A DNA stretch of 64,000 nt from the NCBI RefSeq assembly GCF_963921235.1, contig NC_086118.1, forward strand, positions 47,058,001-47,122,000, in the 5' to 3' direction. A program made the translations under genes and the position numbers. Below, piece after piece: positions 36,633 to 48,848 of this stretch (positions within the stretch are counted from its first letter, which is position 1; each line of letters opens with the position of its first letter). The notes under the pieces were generated by a model, which worked only from the letters and a program-made list of their open reading frames with translations, was not told where the DNA came from and ran no database searches. This DNA is from Mobula hypostoma. Lineage: Eukaryota.

Positions 36633-37875
36633 TTACTTTATATATATAAAGTATTAATCTTGACAATAGGTGTCATATTTTCAAGGTATTCGATAACCTT
36701 GATCATCTAAGACCAACTCCTTCACTGCTAGTTTTTTATTCTTTTATTTGCCAGGCGCATGTATGCCTAACATTTAAGTGAACCATGTGTAAAGAGTACA
36801 TTGCTTTACCCAGAAATTATTCTCCAGACATGTACTTGTCTATCAGCATTTCTAAACCTGCTTGCAATGTTCAAGCATCCTGATCAGTCCCTATTGCACA
36901 TACCTTAGTATATGTGCAGATTGTAATCAATACCTTTAACTAGAAACCTGATGAATATTTAAAAACTTCAAAATAGTATAATGTAACTATCTTTTCTGGA
37001 AGTCACATTGTTTGTCCCTGATGTACTCTCCTTCTAAAGAGAATTTAATACCATATGTATCATTTTTCTAGTTCTTAGTTTGTTTATCTGTATATTAGGT
37101 TAAATAAAAATATATGCATTTCCATTTTCTTCCAGTATCTCTAGCTGCTTTTGAAAATCTAGACATTTTCCATAAATTTTCCACTATAACCACCTGATTT
37201 AGTCATGTATAAGGCGACCAACCACCCACTGATTCCCAAAGTTCTTTGAAATCTTTAGTTAGTTCTCACTATTTGACGATACATCTGTAACCCTAACTGT
37301 GTTGATATTTAAATAACTGCAGGCAATAAGTAAATTGACAGCTCATTTCAGAAAGTATTCTGTTAATATTGCCTTATGATGGTGAAATTTATTGAGGAAG
37401 CCCCTTCGAAGGTTAATCATTTTCTCATTGTCATAGTATTGGTAATAGAATATAAACTCCTTGTGAAAAGTGAGATATGCTTTTTAAATGTTAAGTTACA
37501 TTTCAATATCAAAGGCCAGATATTTCTTTATGGCTCTCCTGAAGCACTCAGAAAAAAAGAAAACCCGTAAAGAGAAGACCTCCAGTACATGACGTCTCAT
37601 TCTAAAATGAATTGTTACTGGAGAGTCTAGGATGTTTAGTTTATTATTTCTCTTCACTTAATAAACTGAGCTAGAGGTTCTATGTTTAAGACTTAAAGAA
37701 TCTACGCTTTACATACTATCTTTGCTGTTATTCACTCAAAAAAGCATTCAAAAGAACAAACCAACTAATGCTGTAATTCCCAATTGTAACTGAATTTGAT
37801 CATCTTCATTCAATTTTGCCTTTTGTTTTAATTTAATAGTTAGTTTATAAAATATATGGTGAATACTATTCTAAT

Positions 37876-38499
37876 GAAACGCCTGGATGATAGACTTGAT
37901 TGGAGCACCAATGCAGAGGCTATATACAAAGGCCAGAGTTGCCTCTACTTCCTGAGGAGACTAAGGTCCTTTGGTGCATGCAGACCTCTCCTTCACATGT
38001 TCTCCATTCTGTTGTTGCCAGTACAACTTTCTATGCAGTAGTATGCTGGGACAATGGCATCAACATGGGTGATGCCAGCAGGTTCAAATAAACTGATTAG
38101 AAAGGCTGGCTCTGTTATAGGAGTCAAACTGGACACACTGGAGGCTGTGGGAGAACAAAGGACCCGACAGAAAATCCTTGCAATTCTGAACAACGTTTCT
38201 CGCCCTCTGTATGCCACCTTGGCTGAACAGAGGAGCACTTTTAGTTATAGACTAAGACAACTGCGCTGCTCCAAAGAGCGCTATATGAGGCCATTCTTAG
38301 ACTCACTCATTAGGCTCTATACTAAATCAACCTATAGCTGGGGAAGTGATGACCCCCTCCTGTTAGACTGTTTGAGGTAACTTATTTTTGATTCTTTCTT
38401 ACTTCTAATATTTTTATATTTGTATATATGTGCACTTGTAATGCTACTGTGGCACTGTAATTTCCTTTGGGATCAATTAAGTATCTATTTATCTATCTG
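37876..38499 (+). mobile_element. Rex1/Babar LINE 3' end immediately upstream of dynein exon 8 acceptor
   Basis: LDWSTNAEAIYKGQSCLYFLRRLRSF, NKLIRKAGSVIG; (TCTA)-like tail; TCTAAT flanks both ends. Confidence 0.8.
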
Positions 38500-38527
38500 T
38501 CTAATTCAAGCCACTTTGATTTTCCAG

Positions 38528-38750
38528 CTTGAATGCTTTAGAGGCTTTTATCAAGGAGACAAATGCTGAACTATCAAAAACAGTGAAGGAAGGGGATTTG
38601 AAGGGACTGATACAAGTTATAGGATATCTAAAAAAAGTAAAAGAGAGACAAGTAACCACAGACAACATGTTTGAACCTTTGAAGCAAACAATTGAACTAT
38701 TGAAAACCTACGATGTGGAGATGCCAGAGGAAGTTCACACACAGTTGCAT
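38528..38750 (+). CDS. DNAH17: Dynein heavy chain exon 8 in window
   Basis: ttttccag acceptor, GTAAGA donor; LNALEAFIKE...KVKERQVTTDNMFEPLKQTIELLKTYDVEMPEEVHTQLH; 223 nt. Confidence 0.92.
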
Positions 38751-39444
38751 GTAAGAAGTAAAACCTTTGATTTATAAATGTATATATTTTAGCTTTCATT
38801 CATAAATGAAAACCATTCGAGATGGTGTTCCTAATAGTGTCACCATTATAATGTACCTAATTGATTACTGTAAGTTATCCCATTGTGTTGGTTCAAAGGG
38901 GTATTGATGGCATGTATGAGAGGAGCTACAGTCAGTGGCAGGGGGAAGGGAAATAAGGAAAGGGGAGTTAGAAATAATAGTCTAACTGACTACTGTAAAG
39001 TACCTTGGAGAAGAAAGGTGTTCAGAAAATCAAAGGAGATAATGGGTGTTTGAGAGAGAATAAGGTGGGGGGGAATTGGATGAATGGAATTGCTCAGAGA
39101 GCTGGCCTGGACGTTATGGGCATACTCTCCTATTATGATGTAAGGAAATATGGGCAAATCATGTTAGAAATTAATCTTCCTGATATTCTTGGGAAGATAT
39201 TTCAATTGGAGACATCATCTAGGATGTTACTGCACTTTTGTTTCATGTAGGAATATTATAATATACTGGTATTCATATGGTCTGCGACATTCTAGGTAGA
39301 AAATGTCATTTTGCAGATAAAAATAGCAAAAGAATTGGCCTGGATCCTGCAGAATTTCACCATCATCACCACAGAAAATTGCCAGGAACTTAGATTTCCA
39401 TGCAACTGTTTGCAAACACTGAAATGAAAGTTGATGTCAGCAAT

Positions 39445-40178
39445 TGGATGACGAGTACGCTCCAGTCTACATTAACGGAGACATAGTGGAGAGAGTGTCC
39501 AGTTTCAGGTTTCTGGAAATACATATCTCAGAAGACCTTACATGGTCCACTAACACCACTACAATAGTTAAGAAAGCACAGCAACACTTGTTTTTCCTCA
39601 GGACGCTGAAGAAAGCTGGTCTACCTGAACAGATGCTGGTGACCTTTTACTGCTGCACCATAGAGAGTATCTTAACATACTATTTATGTATCTCAGTTGT
39701 ACAGCAGCTGATAGGAAAGCACTTCAGCGGGTCGTCTCTAGCACACAGAAGATCATCAGGACACAGCTCCCAGCCCTGGAGGACACATACAGCTCTCGCT
39801 GCCTAAGGAAAGCTACAAGCATCTGTAAGGACAATACACACCCATGTAATCATCTGTTTGAACTTCTTCCATCTGGCAGACATTATAGGATTTTCTATGC
39901 CCACACTTCCAGACTGAAAAATAGCTTTTTCCCCAGAGCTATAATTGCTCTGAACCAATCCACCAAGCATCATCCATAAATTTGTTATATTGCTACTTTA
40001 ATACTGGTTTTATGGTTGCTGGTTGTACTGGCTGGTTACTTGATTTTATTTATTGTTTATTTTTTTTGTTCGTTGTTTTATAGCATTGAGTATGGGAGTT
40101 GCAAACTCATTTTCGCTGTTTTGGTGCATGACAAATTGTACTATGCAATGACAATAAAGATATTTCATTTCATTTCAT
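39445..40178 (+). mobile_element. Rex1-type LINE 3' end
   Basis: VERVSSFRFLEIHISEDLTWS..KKAQQHLFFLRTLKK..LLPSGR..RLKNSFFP; AATAAA + (TTTCA)n tail. Confidence 0.8.
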
Positions 40179-40234
40179 CTGCCACTATGGATCAAATTGA
40201 GTTCTGATGCTAGATTCAATTTAGGGTGAGAGAA

Positions 40235-41600
40235 TTGAATTAAATTGAATTGACTTTATTTCTTACTCCTTCATATACACGAGGAGTAAAAATCTTTACA
40301 TTATGTCTCCATTTGAATGTGCAATGTGCAAATTATAGTAATTTGTAATAAATAGTATGTACAGTAGGATATATAACAGTATAGTCAATATTGCTTAGAA
40401 TCACAATTGCGTCAGTGTGAATTCATCAGTCTGATGGCCTGGTGAAAGGAGTTGTCCTGGAGCCTGTTGGAGCAAGACGTTGGGCTGATTACCCAAAATC
40501 TGTGTTTGATAACTCACCGGTGAATTCTATGCCTGGTCTGAAGCAGTGTGAGAGGTATTCTCCATTTTTTTTGATGGAAAAGCCTCAAATAGAAATTTGG
40601 TGCTTTAAAATACACTCAGCCAAGCTATTGAAAAATACTCTTCGAAATATCTAATGGTGTTCTTTAGACTTTATTTAAAGTAATTAAAGATGTTAGCAAT
40701 TGTTCTGACAAATTTAAAATTATTTTGGGGAAAGAAATTGTTTTTAAATCTGGTAGTCCTGGTGTGGATGCTATGTAGCCTCTTCCCTGATGGTAGTGGG
40801 ACAAACAGTCCATGAGCAGGGTAGGTGCGATCCTTCATTATGTTACTGGCCCTTTTCTGGCATCTTCCTTTGTATATGTCCTTGATGGTAGGTAGGCTGG
40901 TGCCATTGATGTGTTGGGCAGTTTTGATTACCTGTTGTAGATCCTTCCTGTCTGTTACAGTGCAGTTTCTGTACCATGCATTGATGCAGTTTGTTAGGAT
41001 GCTCTCTATGCGTATCTGTAGAATGACGTGAGTATAGATGTGCATAGTTCAGCTATCTTCAGCCTCTTCAGAAAGCAGAACTGTTGGTGAGTTTCCCTGA
41101 TTGTGTATTATGTGTTCTGGGTCTATGAGAGATTGTGCAAAATGTGCATTCCTGGGAGCTTGAAATTGTTCACAGTTTACACTGTTGTGCCATCGATATA
41201 AAGGGGATGTGAGTGGTGCATGTTCTTCTGAGGTCTATAATCGTCTCCTTTGTCTTGTTGACATTAGGACAGTGTTTATTTGCCTGGTCCCGGCCTTAAG
41301 ACCTTTTACCTCCTCTCTGCAAGCCATCTCATTGTTGTTGGTGATGAGCCTCAGCACTGTTGTGTCATCAGCGAACTTGACAATGTGATTACACAGGTGT
41401 GTGGCTGTGCAACCCTGTGTGAGCAGAGTGTATAGCAATGGGCTCAGCTTACAGCCCTAGGGGGCACAAATGTTGAGGATGATGGGGAGGGAGGAGCTTT
41501 TGTGTACCCTGAATGTCTGAGGTCTATTGGTTAGGAAGTCCAACTCTCAGTTGCACAGGGGTGTATTTAGACCAGGGAGTAGGAGTTTGTTCACTAAGGA
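40235..41600 (-). mobile_element. Rex1-type LINE fragments
   Basis: ORFs 41235..41438 (LYTLLT..IVKFADDTTV) and 40671..41045 (IESILTNCINAWY..LPSGKR..RTTRFKN). Confidence 0.7.
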
Positions 41601-41689
41601 CGGAACAAGCTCTTTATAAAATTGAATAAGTATGCCAAAAGTTCGAGAGTATCAGGGAGCAGAAGTGAGTGCAATTGCTTTTACCGGGG

Positions 41690-42240
41690 CGAAGGTGCTT
41701 GGGAAGCTGAGAGGTCTGAAGGTAGATAAGTCGACTGGACCAGATTGACTACACCCCAGAGTTCTGAAAGAGGTAGCTGAAGAGATTGTGGAAACATTAG
41801 TAATAATCTTTCAAGAATCATTAAATTATGGCATGGTTCTGGACAATTGGAAAATTGCAATGTCACTTCACTCTTGAAGAAGGGAGGGAGGCAGAAGAAA
41901 GGAAAATATAGGTCAGTTAACCTGATCTCAGTGATTGGGAAGATGTTGGAGTCGATTGTTAAGGATGAGGTTTTGGGCTTCTTGGAGGTACATGGTAAAA
42001 CATGCCAAAGTCAGCATTGTTTCCTTAAGGGAAAATCTTGCCTGACAAATCTGTGGGAATTATTTGAGGAAATAATGAGCAGAATAGACAAAGGGGAATC
42101 AGTGGATGTATGTACTTAGATGTTCAGAAAGCCTTTGACAAGGTGACACCCATGAGGCTACTTAGCAAAATAAGAGCCCATGGTATTACAGGAAAGATAT
42201 TGTGGATAGAGCTTTGGCTGATTGGCAGGAGGCAAAGAAT
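41690..42240 (+). mobile_element. CR1 LINE RT N-terminal fragment
   Basis: ANVT.L.KKGGRQKKGKYRSVNLISV.GK..SQH.FLKGKSCLTNL..VD..Y.D.QKAFDKV. Confidence 0.8.
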
Positions 42241-42930
42241 GACAATAGACAATACACAATAGGTGCAGGAGTAGGCCATTCGGCCCTTCGAGCCAGCACC
42301 GCCATTCACTGTGATCACGGTTGATCATACACAATCAGTATCCAGTTCCTGCCTTATCCCCATAACCTTTGATTCCGCTATCTTTAAGAGCTCTACCATC
42401 TCTTTCTTGAAAGCATCCAGAGACTTGGCCTCCACAGCCTTCTGGGGCAGAGCATTCCATATATCCACCACTCTCTGGGTGGAAAACGTTTTTCCTCAAC
42501 TCCGTTCTAAATGGCCTACCCCTTATTCTTAAACTGTGGCCTCTGGTTCTAGTTCATCAGCGGGAACATGCTTCCTGCCTGCAGCGTGTCCAATCCCTTA
42601 ATAATCTTATATGTTTCAATAAGATCCCCTCTCAGCCTTCTAAATTCCAGAGTATACAAGCCCAGTCGCTCCAATCTTTCGACATATGACAGTCCTGCCA
42701 TCCCAAGAATTAACCTTGTGAACCTATGCTGCACTCCCTCAATAGCAAGAATGTCCTTCCTCAAATTTGGAGACCAAAACTGCACACAGTACTCCAGGTG
42801 TGGTCTCAGCAGGGCCCTGTACAGCTGCAGAAGGACCTCTTTGCTCTTATGCTCAATTCCCCTTGTTATGAAGGCCAGCATGCCATTAGCTTTCTTCACT
42901 GTACTTGCATGCTTGCTTTCAGTGACTGAT
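42241..42930 (-). mobile_element. CR1 LINE 3' end
   Basis: ORF 42549..43097 LYRALLRPHLEYCVQFWSP..RRLRGDLIETYKI; (TATTGTC)n tail at 42241..42262. Confidence 0.85.
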
Positions 42931-42932
42931 GC

Positions 42933-43481
42933 ACAAACCCCATTTCCAGAAGAGTTGGGATATTTTCCAAAATGCAATAAAAACAAAAATCTGTGATATG
43001 TTAATTCACGTGAACCTTTATTTAACTGACAAAAGTATAAAGAAAAGATTTTTAATAGTTTTACTGACCAACTTAATTGTATTTTGTAAACATACACAAA
43101 TTTAGAATTTGATGGCTACAACACACTTAACAAAAATTGGGACAGAGTTAAAATAAGATTGAAAAGTGCACAGAATATTCAAGTATCAGTTCAAAAGGAA
43201 CATATCTCAATGCAAGATTGCAGAGAATTTAGGTCTTTCAACATCTACTGTACATAATATTGTGAAAAGTTTCAGAGAATTCAGAGACATCTCATTGCGT
43301 AAAGGGCAAGGTCGGAAACCACTGTTGAATGCGTGTGATCTTTGAGCCCTCAGGCGGTACTGCCTAAGAAACTGTCATGCTACTGTGACAATTATAGCCA
43401 CCTGGGCTTAGGAGTACTTCGGAAAACCATTGTCACTCAACACAGTCCGTCGCTGCATCCAGAAATGCAACTTGAAACTTG
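42933..43481 (+). mobile_element. Tc1/mariner DNA transposon fragment (TIR + transposase N-terminal HTH)
   Basis: TIR-like CAAACCCCATTTCCAGAAGAGTTGGGA; translation ISQCKIAENLGLSTSTVHNIVKSFRE..KGQGRKPLL..EYFGKPLSLNTVRRCIQKCNLKL. Confidence 0.8.
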
Positions 43482-45450
43482 AAATATAAATTTCGCTGCT
43501 AGGGCCACTGCAATTTCTGCACTTGCCTCCCACAGGGTCAGAGGGATCACTTTGTACGGTCCTGGGGATTTTTCTACCCTAATTTGCCTCAAGACAGCAA
43601 ACACCTCCTCCTCTGTAATCTGTATAGGGTCCACGAACTCACTGCTGCTTTGCCTCATTTCTATAGATTCTGTGTCCATCTCCTGAGTAAATACAGATGC
43701 AAAAAGTCCATTTAAAGTCTCCCCTATCTCTTCTAGCTCCATGCCTAGATTTCCATTTTACTCTTCCAGAGAACCAATTTTGTTCCTTGCAATCTTTCTG
43801 CTCTTAACATATCTGTAGAATCCCTTAGGAATCTCCTTCACCTTGTCTGCTAGGACAATCTCATGCATTCTTTTAGCCCTCCTAATTTCTTTCTTAAGTG
43901 TCATCTTGCATTTCTCATACTCCATAAGCACCTCATTTGTTCCTACTTCCCTATACCTGCTTTTTTTTTGGTAACCTTGGCCTCAGTTTCTCCTGGAAAC
44001 AAAGGTTACCTAAACCTGTTATCTTTACCTTTTATTCTGACAGGCACATTCAAGCTTTTGTACTCCCAAAATTTTACTGTTGAAGGCCTCCCACTTACCA
44101 AGTACACCTTTGCCAGAAAAAAACCTGTCCCAATCCACACTTGCCAGATCATTTCTGATACCATCAAAACTGGTCATTCTCCAATTTAGAATTTCAACCC
44201 ACAGACCAGACCTAACTTTTTCCATATTTACTTTGAAACTAATGGCATTATGATCATTTGATGCAAAATGTTCCTCTACATAAACTTTTGTCACCTGCCC
44301 TGTCTCATTCCCAAATAGAAGATCAAGTATTCTACACTCTCTTGGGAATTCTGTGTGTGGATTAAGGAAACTTTCCTGAACACATTTGACAAACACTATT
44401 CCATCTAGTCCTTTTACAGTATGAGAGCCTCTGTCAATATGTGGATATTAGTCTCCCTCCAGTTCAGCTGAAGATTGTCTCTTCTGTACAGGTCCGACCT
44501 TCCCTGGAAGCAAACTCAATGATCTAAAAATTTTATGCCTTCCCTTCTACACCAACTCTTTTGCTACGTGTTAAACTGTTTGATGCTCCTTATTTCTGGC
44601 CTCACTAGCATATGGCATGAGTTGCAATCCCGAGATCTCAACCCTGGAGGTTCTGTCTATTAACTTAGCACCTAACTCCCTGAACTCACTTTGCAGAACC
44701 TCTTCACTCTTCTTACCTATGTTATTGGTACCTACATGGACCACAACCTCTGGCTGCTCATCCTCCCACTTAAGAATGCAGAGGAATCGATCTGAGATTT
44801 CCCAGACCCTGGCATCTGGAAGGCAACATACCATCCAGGAATCTTGTTTTTGTCCACAGAATCTCCTTTCTGTTCCCCTAACCACCATGACTTTCCTCTG
44901 CTAGGTCATCCTCTCCCCCAACAGTATCTAATATGGTATACCTGTTGTTGACGGGATTGGCTGCAGTGTTACTCTGCACTGGCTGTTTAACTCCTTTCCC
45001 CTTCCTGATTGTCACCACTGTCCTATGTCCTGCACCGTGGGTGTAACTACCTCTCTGTATGTCCTATCTATCAACCCCTCAGCCACCCAAATGATCTGGA
45101 GTTTATCCAGTTCCAGCTCCAACTCCTTAACACAGAGTGTCAGAAACTGCAGCTGGATACACATTTTGCAAATGAAGTTGTCAGGGATACAGGAGGTCTC
45201 CCTACCTTCCTACATCCCGCAAGAGGAGCATTCAACTATACTGCTTGGCATCCCTACTGTTCTACCCATGCAAATAGAAAGTAGGGAACAATAAATAAAC
45301 TTGGGGGAGGGGGGACATCTACCTGCAGCTTTTGCATCTTCTCTCAGACTTGCCTCTCCTTGTTGAACCCTCAATGCGCTAAAGCCTTAAATAACCACTC
45401 TAACACTGTTCCCTCCAACAATGACTGCTCTGCTTGCCTCTGCCTTATTT
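43482..45450 (-). mobile_element. CR1 LINE 5' half (ORF1 esterase, APE, start of RT), degraded
   Basis: ORFs 44571..44888 (CCLPDARV..VVVHVGTNNIG), 44025..44396 (ILDLLFGNE..SNDHNAISF), 43437..43742 (KSPGP). Confidence 0.8.
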
Positions 45451-46029
45451 TAATTTGTTCTTGCCAATCGCTGATCAAAAAACATTAATAATTATCTTAA
45501 CTAAATTACTAATTTGATAATTAATACTCGATAAATTTATTAATAATTATTTTTAAACAAGGAGTTTTCTACTAAAATGCAAAGCCATTAACAAGGCTTA
45601 GTATGGCCCCTCCACTATTTGCATTATCTACATGCTGTATTATGAAACTCTTTTATGTGCACCTAACAACTTCTGCTTCATCTAACCTTCTTGCATGGAG
45701 TAAGTCTCAGTCAATATTGGGGAACTTAAATTGTTCCACAAATGGCAATCTTGTTGCCTTTACCACTTAATATAATCCGCTTTCATATCTTTCCGTTATC
45801 TCCCAGTGACTATTTGGCAGTCTATTGTATAGCACTGTCAGAGTGATTGCACCTTTCTTTTTGATTTTTTCTGGTATTGCTTCAGTAGATCATCCCTGAA
45901 ATACAGTATGTTCTGTTTGAGAGGTGCTGTAACAATCTCCCTGATCAGTGCTTAAGAAGCATTGAGACAAGTACTTGAATCAGCAAGACTTTGTATACCA
46001 CAGAATAAACAGAGGTAATTGGAAACAAT

Positions 46030-47800
46030 TGTACAAGAAGCATTGTCTCTGCCTGCGCCTGCCCCACGTGTCCTCATACAGTCCCTCTTGGTTCAGTCCC
46101 TTCCCACCTACACCCACAACACTTCACGTTCTCTTGATCTCCTGTACAGCTTTCAATTCCATGGCCCCGATTGCCTCATTTTCACCATGGATGTCCAGTT
46201 CCTATACACTTCTCCATAAAACTCTTCAGGTCTTTCTCACAAAGCAAACAACCAGTTCCCCTCCTCCACCACCACCCTCCTCCATCTGGCAGAACTGGTC
46301 CTCACTCTCAGCAATTTCTCCTTCTGCTCCTCCCACTTTCTCCAGACTCAAGGGTAGCTATGGGCTCCAGCAATGCTGCCTGTTCACTGGCTACATAGAA
46401 CAGTCCAAATTCCAAGATTTCCCTGGTATTGCTCTCCAACTCTTCCGTTGCTACATTGACATCTGCATTGGTGCTGCTTTGTGTACCCTTACTGAGCTCA
46501 TCAATTTCCTCAATTTTGCCTCCCCTTAAATTCACTTGGCTTACTTCTGACACCTCCCTCCCCTTTTGATCTCTGTCTCCATCTCTGGAGACAAACTGTC
46601 TACTGACATCTTTTATAAAGCTACTGATTCCCATGGCTATCATGAGTATACCTCTTCCCATTCTGTCTCCTTTTAAAATGATAGTCCCTTTTCTGAGTTC
46701 CTTTGTCTCCACCATATCTTTAACCAGGACGAGGCTTTCCTTTCCAGGACATCAGAGATATCTTCCTTCTTCAAAGAATGGGGTTTCCCTTCCTCCACCA
46801 TTGATGCTATCCTTACCGGCATCTCCTCCATTTCCCGGACGTCTGCGCTCACCCCATCTTCCAGCCACCTTAACAGGGATAGAGTTCCTCTTGTCCTAAC
46901 CTACCACCCCATGATCCTCCGCATTCAACACATCATTCTCCACAACATCTGTAATCACGAAAAGGATCCTACCACCAAACACATTTTTACCCTCCTCTCC
47001 CGCCCAAACTCTCCATTTTACTCAGGGATTGCTCCCTCCATGATTCCCTTGTCCATTCATCCCTCCCCACTAATCCCCACTAATCTCCCTCCTGGCACTT
47101 ATCCCTGCAAGCTGCCAAGGTGCTACACCTACCCATTCACCTCCTCATTCACCTCTGCTCAGGGCCCCAAACACCCTTCCAGGTGAGGCAACACTTCACC
47201 TGCAAATTGGGGGACAGCTTCGTCAAGCACCTCGGCTTTATCCATGAAAAGTGGAATTTCTCAGTGGCCAACATTTTAATTCCTATTCCCATTCCCATTC
47301 CCATTCCAAAATGTCAGTCCATGGTCTGCTCTTGTGCCACGATGAGGCCACTCTCAAGGTTTTTCATCTTTTCATCTGGCTAGCCTCCAATCTGATGGCA
47401 TGAACATCAATTTCTCCTTCTGGTAAAAAAAAATCCCCTCTCCCCTTCCCTCTTCTCTAATTCCCACTCTGACCTCTTACCTCTTCTCATCTGCCTATTA
47501 CCTCCCCTATTGCCCCTCCTTCTTCCCTTTCTCCCATTGTCTACTCTTCTGTCCTGTCAGATTCTGTCCTCTCCAGCCCTTTACCTTTTCCACCCTCCTG
47601 GCCTCACCTTTCACCTTCCAGCTATCCTCCTTCCCCTCACCTTTTCACTCTGGTGTCTTCCTTTCCAGTCCTGAAGAAGGGTCTTGGCCCAAAACATTGA
47701 TTGTTTATTCATTTCCAGAGATGCTGCCTGACCTGCTGAATTTCGCCAGCATTTTGTGTTTTGTTGCTTTAGATTCCAGTATCTGCAGAATTTGTGTTTA
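46030..47800 (+). mobile_element. Older, heavily degraded Penelope-like element
   Basis: [26 protein letters not shown], same tail with decayed hammerhead at 47667..47702. Confidence 0.8.
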
Positions 47801-47981
47801 GAGGTAATTGGAACCAGCATAGATCAGTATGATAGCGAAGGGCCTTTTTATGTGCTGTATAACTAAATAAATCTCTGTGGCTTCATTAATCTAATTTGAT
47901 GCAAATCTGCTTTCCATTCAAACCCCTAAGTTGTTTTCAAAGGTACTTCATTTGATAATATAAATATATTTTTGTGCTTAG

Positions 47982-48098
47982 GATCTACCAGAACAATGGA
48001 ACAATACAAAGAAAATTTCTGTTATTTGTAAGCATGCTGTGTCACCTTTACAATCTGATGAAGTTAATGTCATTAGAAGGAAATGTTTACGATTTGAG
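47982..48098 (+). CDS. DNAH17: Dynein heavy chain exon 9 in window
   Basis: gcttag acceptor, GTAAGA donor; DLPEQWNNTKKISVICKHAVSPLQSDEVNVIRRKCLRFE; 117 nt. Confidence 0.9.
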
Positions 48099-48301
48099 GT
48101 AAGACTTGCCTAAGAAGGAATCTTGCTGCCATCAGCAAACTAATATTTACTGCTATTAAACTGATGTTAATTTTCCAATATATCAACAATATTTGTATTA
48201 TTCTTAATGGGAGTCACTGAAAAAAATGCAAGGATTTAACCTTCACATACAAACTGCTGGTAGAACGCAGCAGGCCAGGCAACATCTATAGGAAGAAGTA
48301 C

Positions 48302-48337
48302 AGTCGATGTTTCGGGTCAAGACCCTTCGTCAGGGCT
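48302..48337 (-). ncRNA. Hammerhead ribozyme motif, partly degenerate
   Basis: Minus strand AGCC-CTGACGA-A-GGGT(CTTG)ACCC-GAAA-CA-TC-GACT; core intact, stem I mismatch, stem III palindrome broken. Confidence 0.6.
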
Positions 48338-48812
48338 AACTGAAAGAAGAGATAGTAAGAGATTTGAAAGTGGGAGGGAGAGGGGGAGATCCGTAATGAT
48401 AGGAGAAGACAGGAGGGGGAGGGAAGAAGCTAAGAGCTGGAAAGTTGATTGGCAAAAGGGATACAGAGTTGGAGAAGGGGGAGGATCATGGGACAGGAGG
48501 CCTAGGGAGAAAGAAAGGGGGAGGGGAGCCCAGAGGAAGATGGAAAGCAGACAAGCAGTGATTGTGAGAGGGACAGAGAGAGAAGGAAAAAAAGGGGGAG
48601 AATAAAAATCAATAAGGGATGGGATAAGAAGGGGAGGAGGGACATTAACGGAAGTTAGAGAAATCAATGTCCATGCCATCAGGTTGGAGGCGACCCAGAC
48701 GAAATATAAGGTATTGTTCCTCCAACCTGAGTGTGGCTTCATCTTGACAGTAGAGGAGGCCACGGATTGACATATCAGAATGGGACCCCTCTTGCTATCT
48801 CTTCTTTCAGTT

Positions 48813-48848
48813 AGTCCTGACGAAGGGTCTTGGCCCGAAACGTCGACT
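48813..48848 (+). ncRNA. Minimal type I hammerhead ribozyme motif (Penelope tail)
   Basis: AGTC-CTGACGA-A-GGGT(CTTG)GCCC-GAAA-CG-TC-GACT, all core positions intact. Confidence 0.8.
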
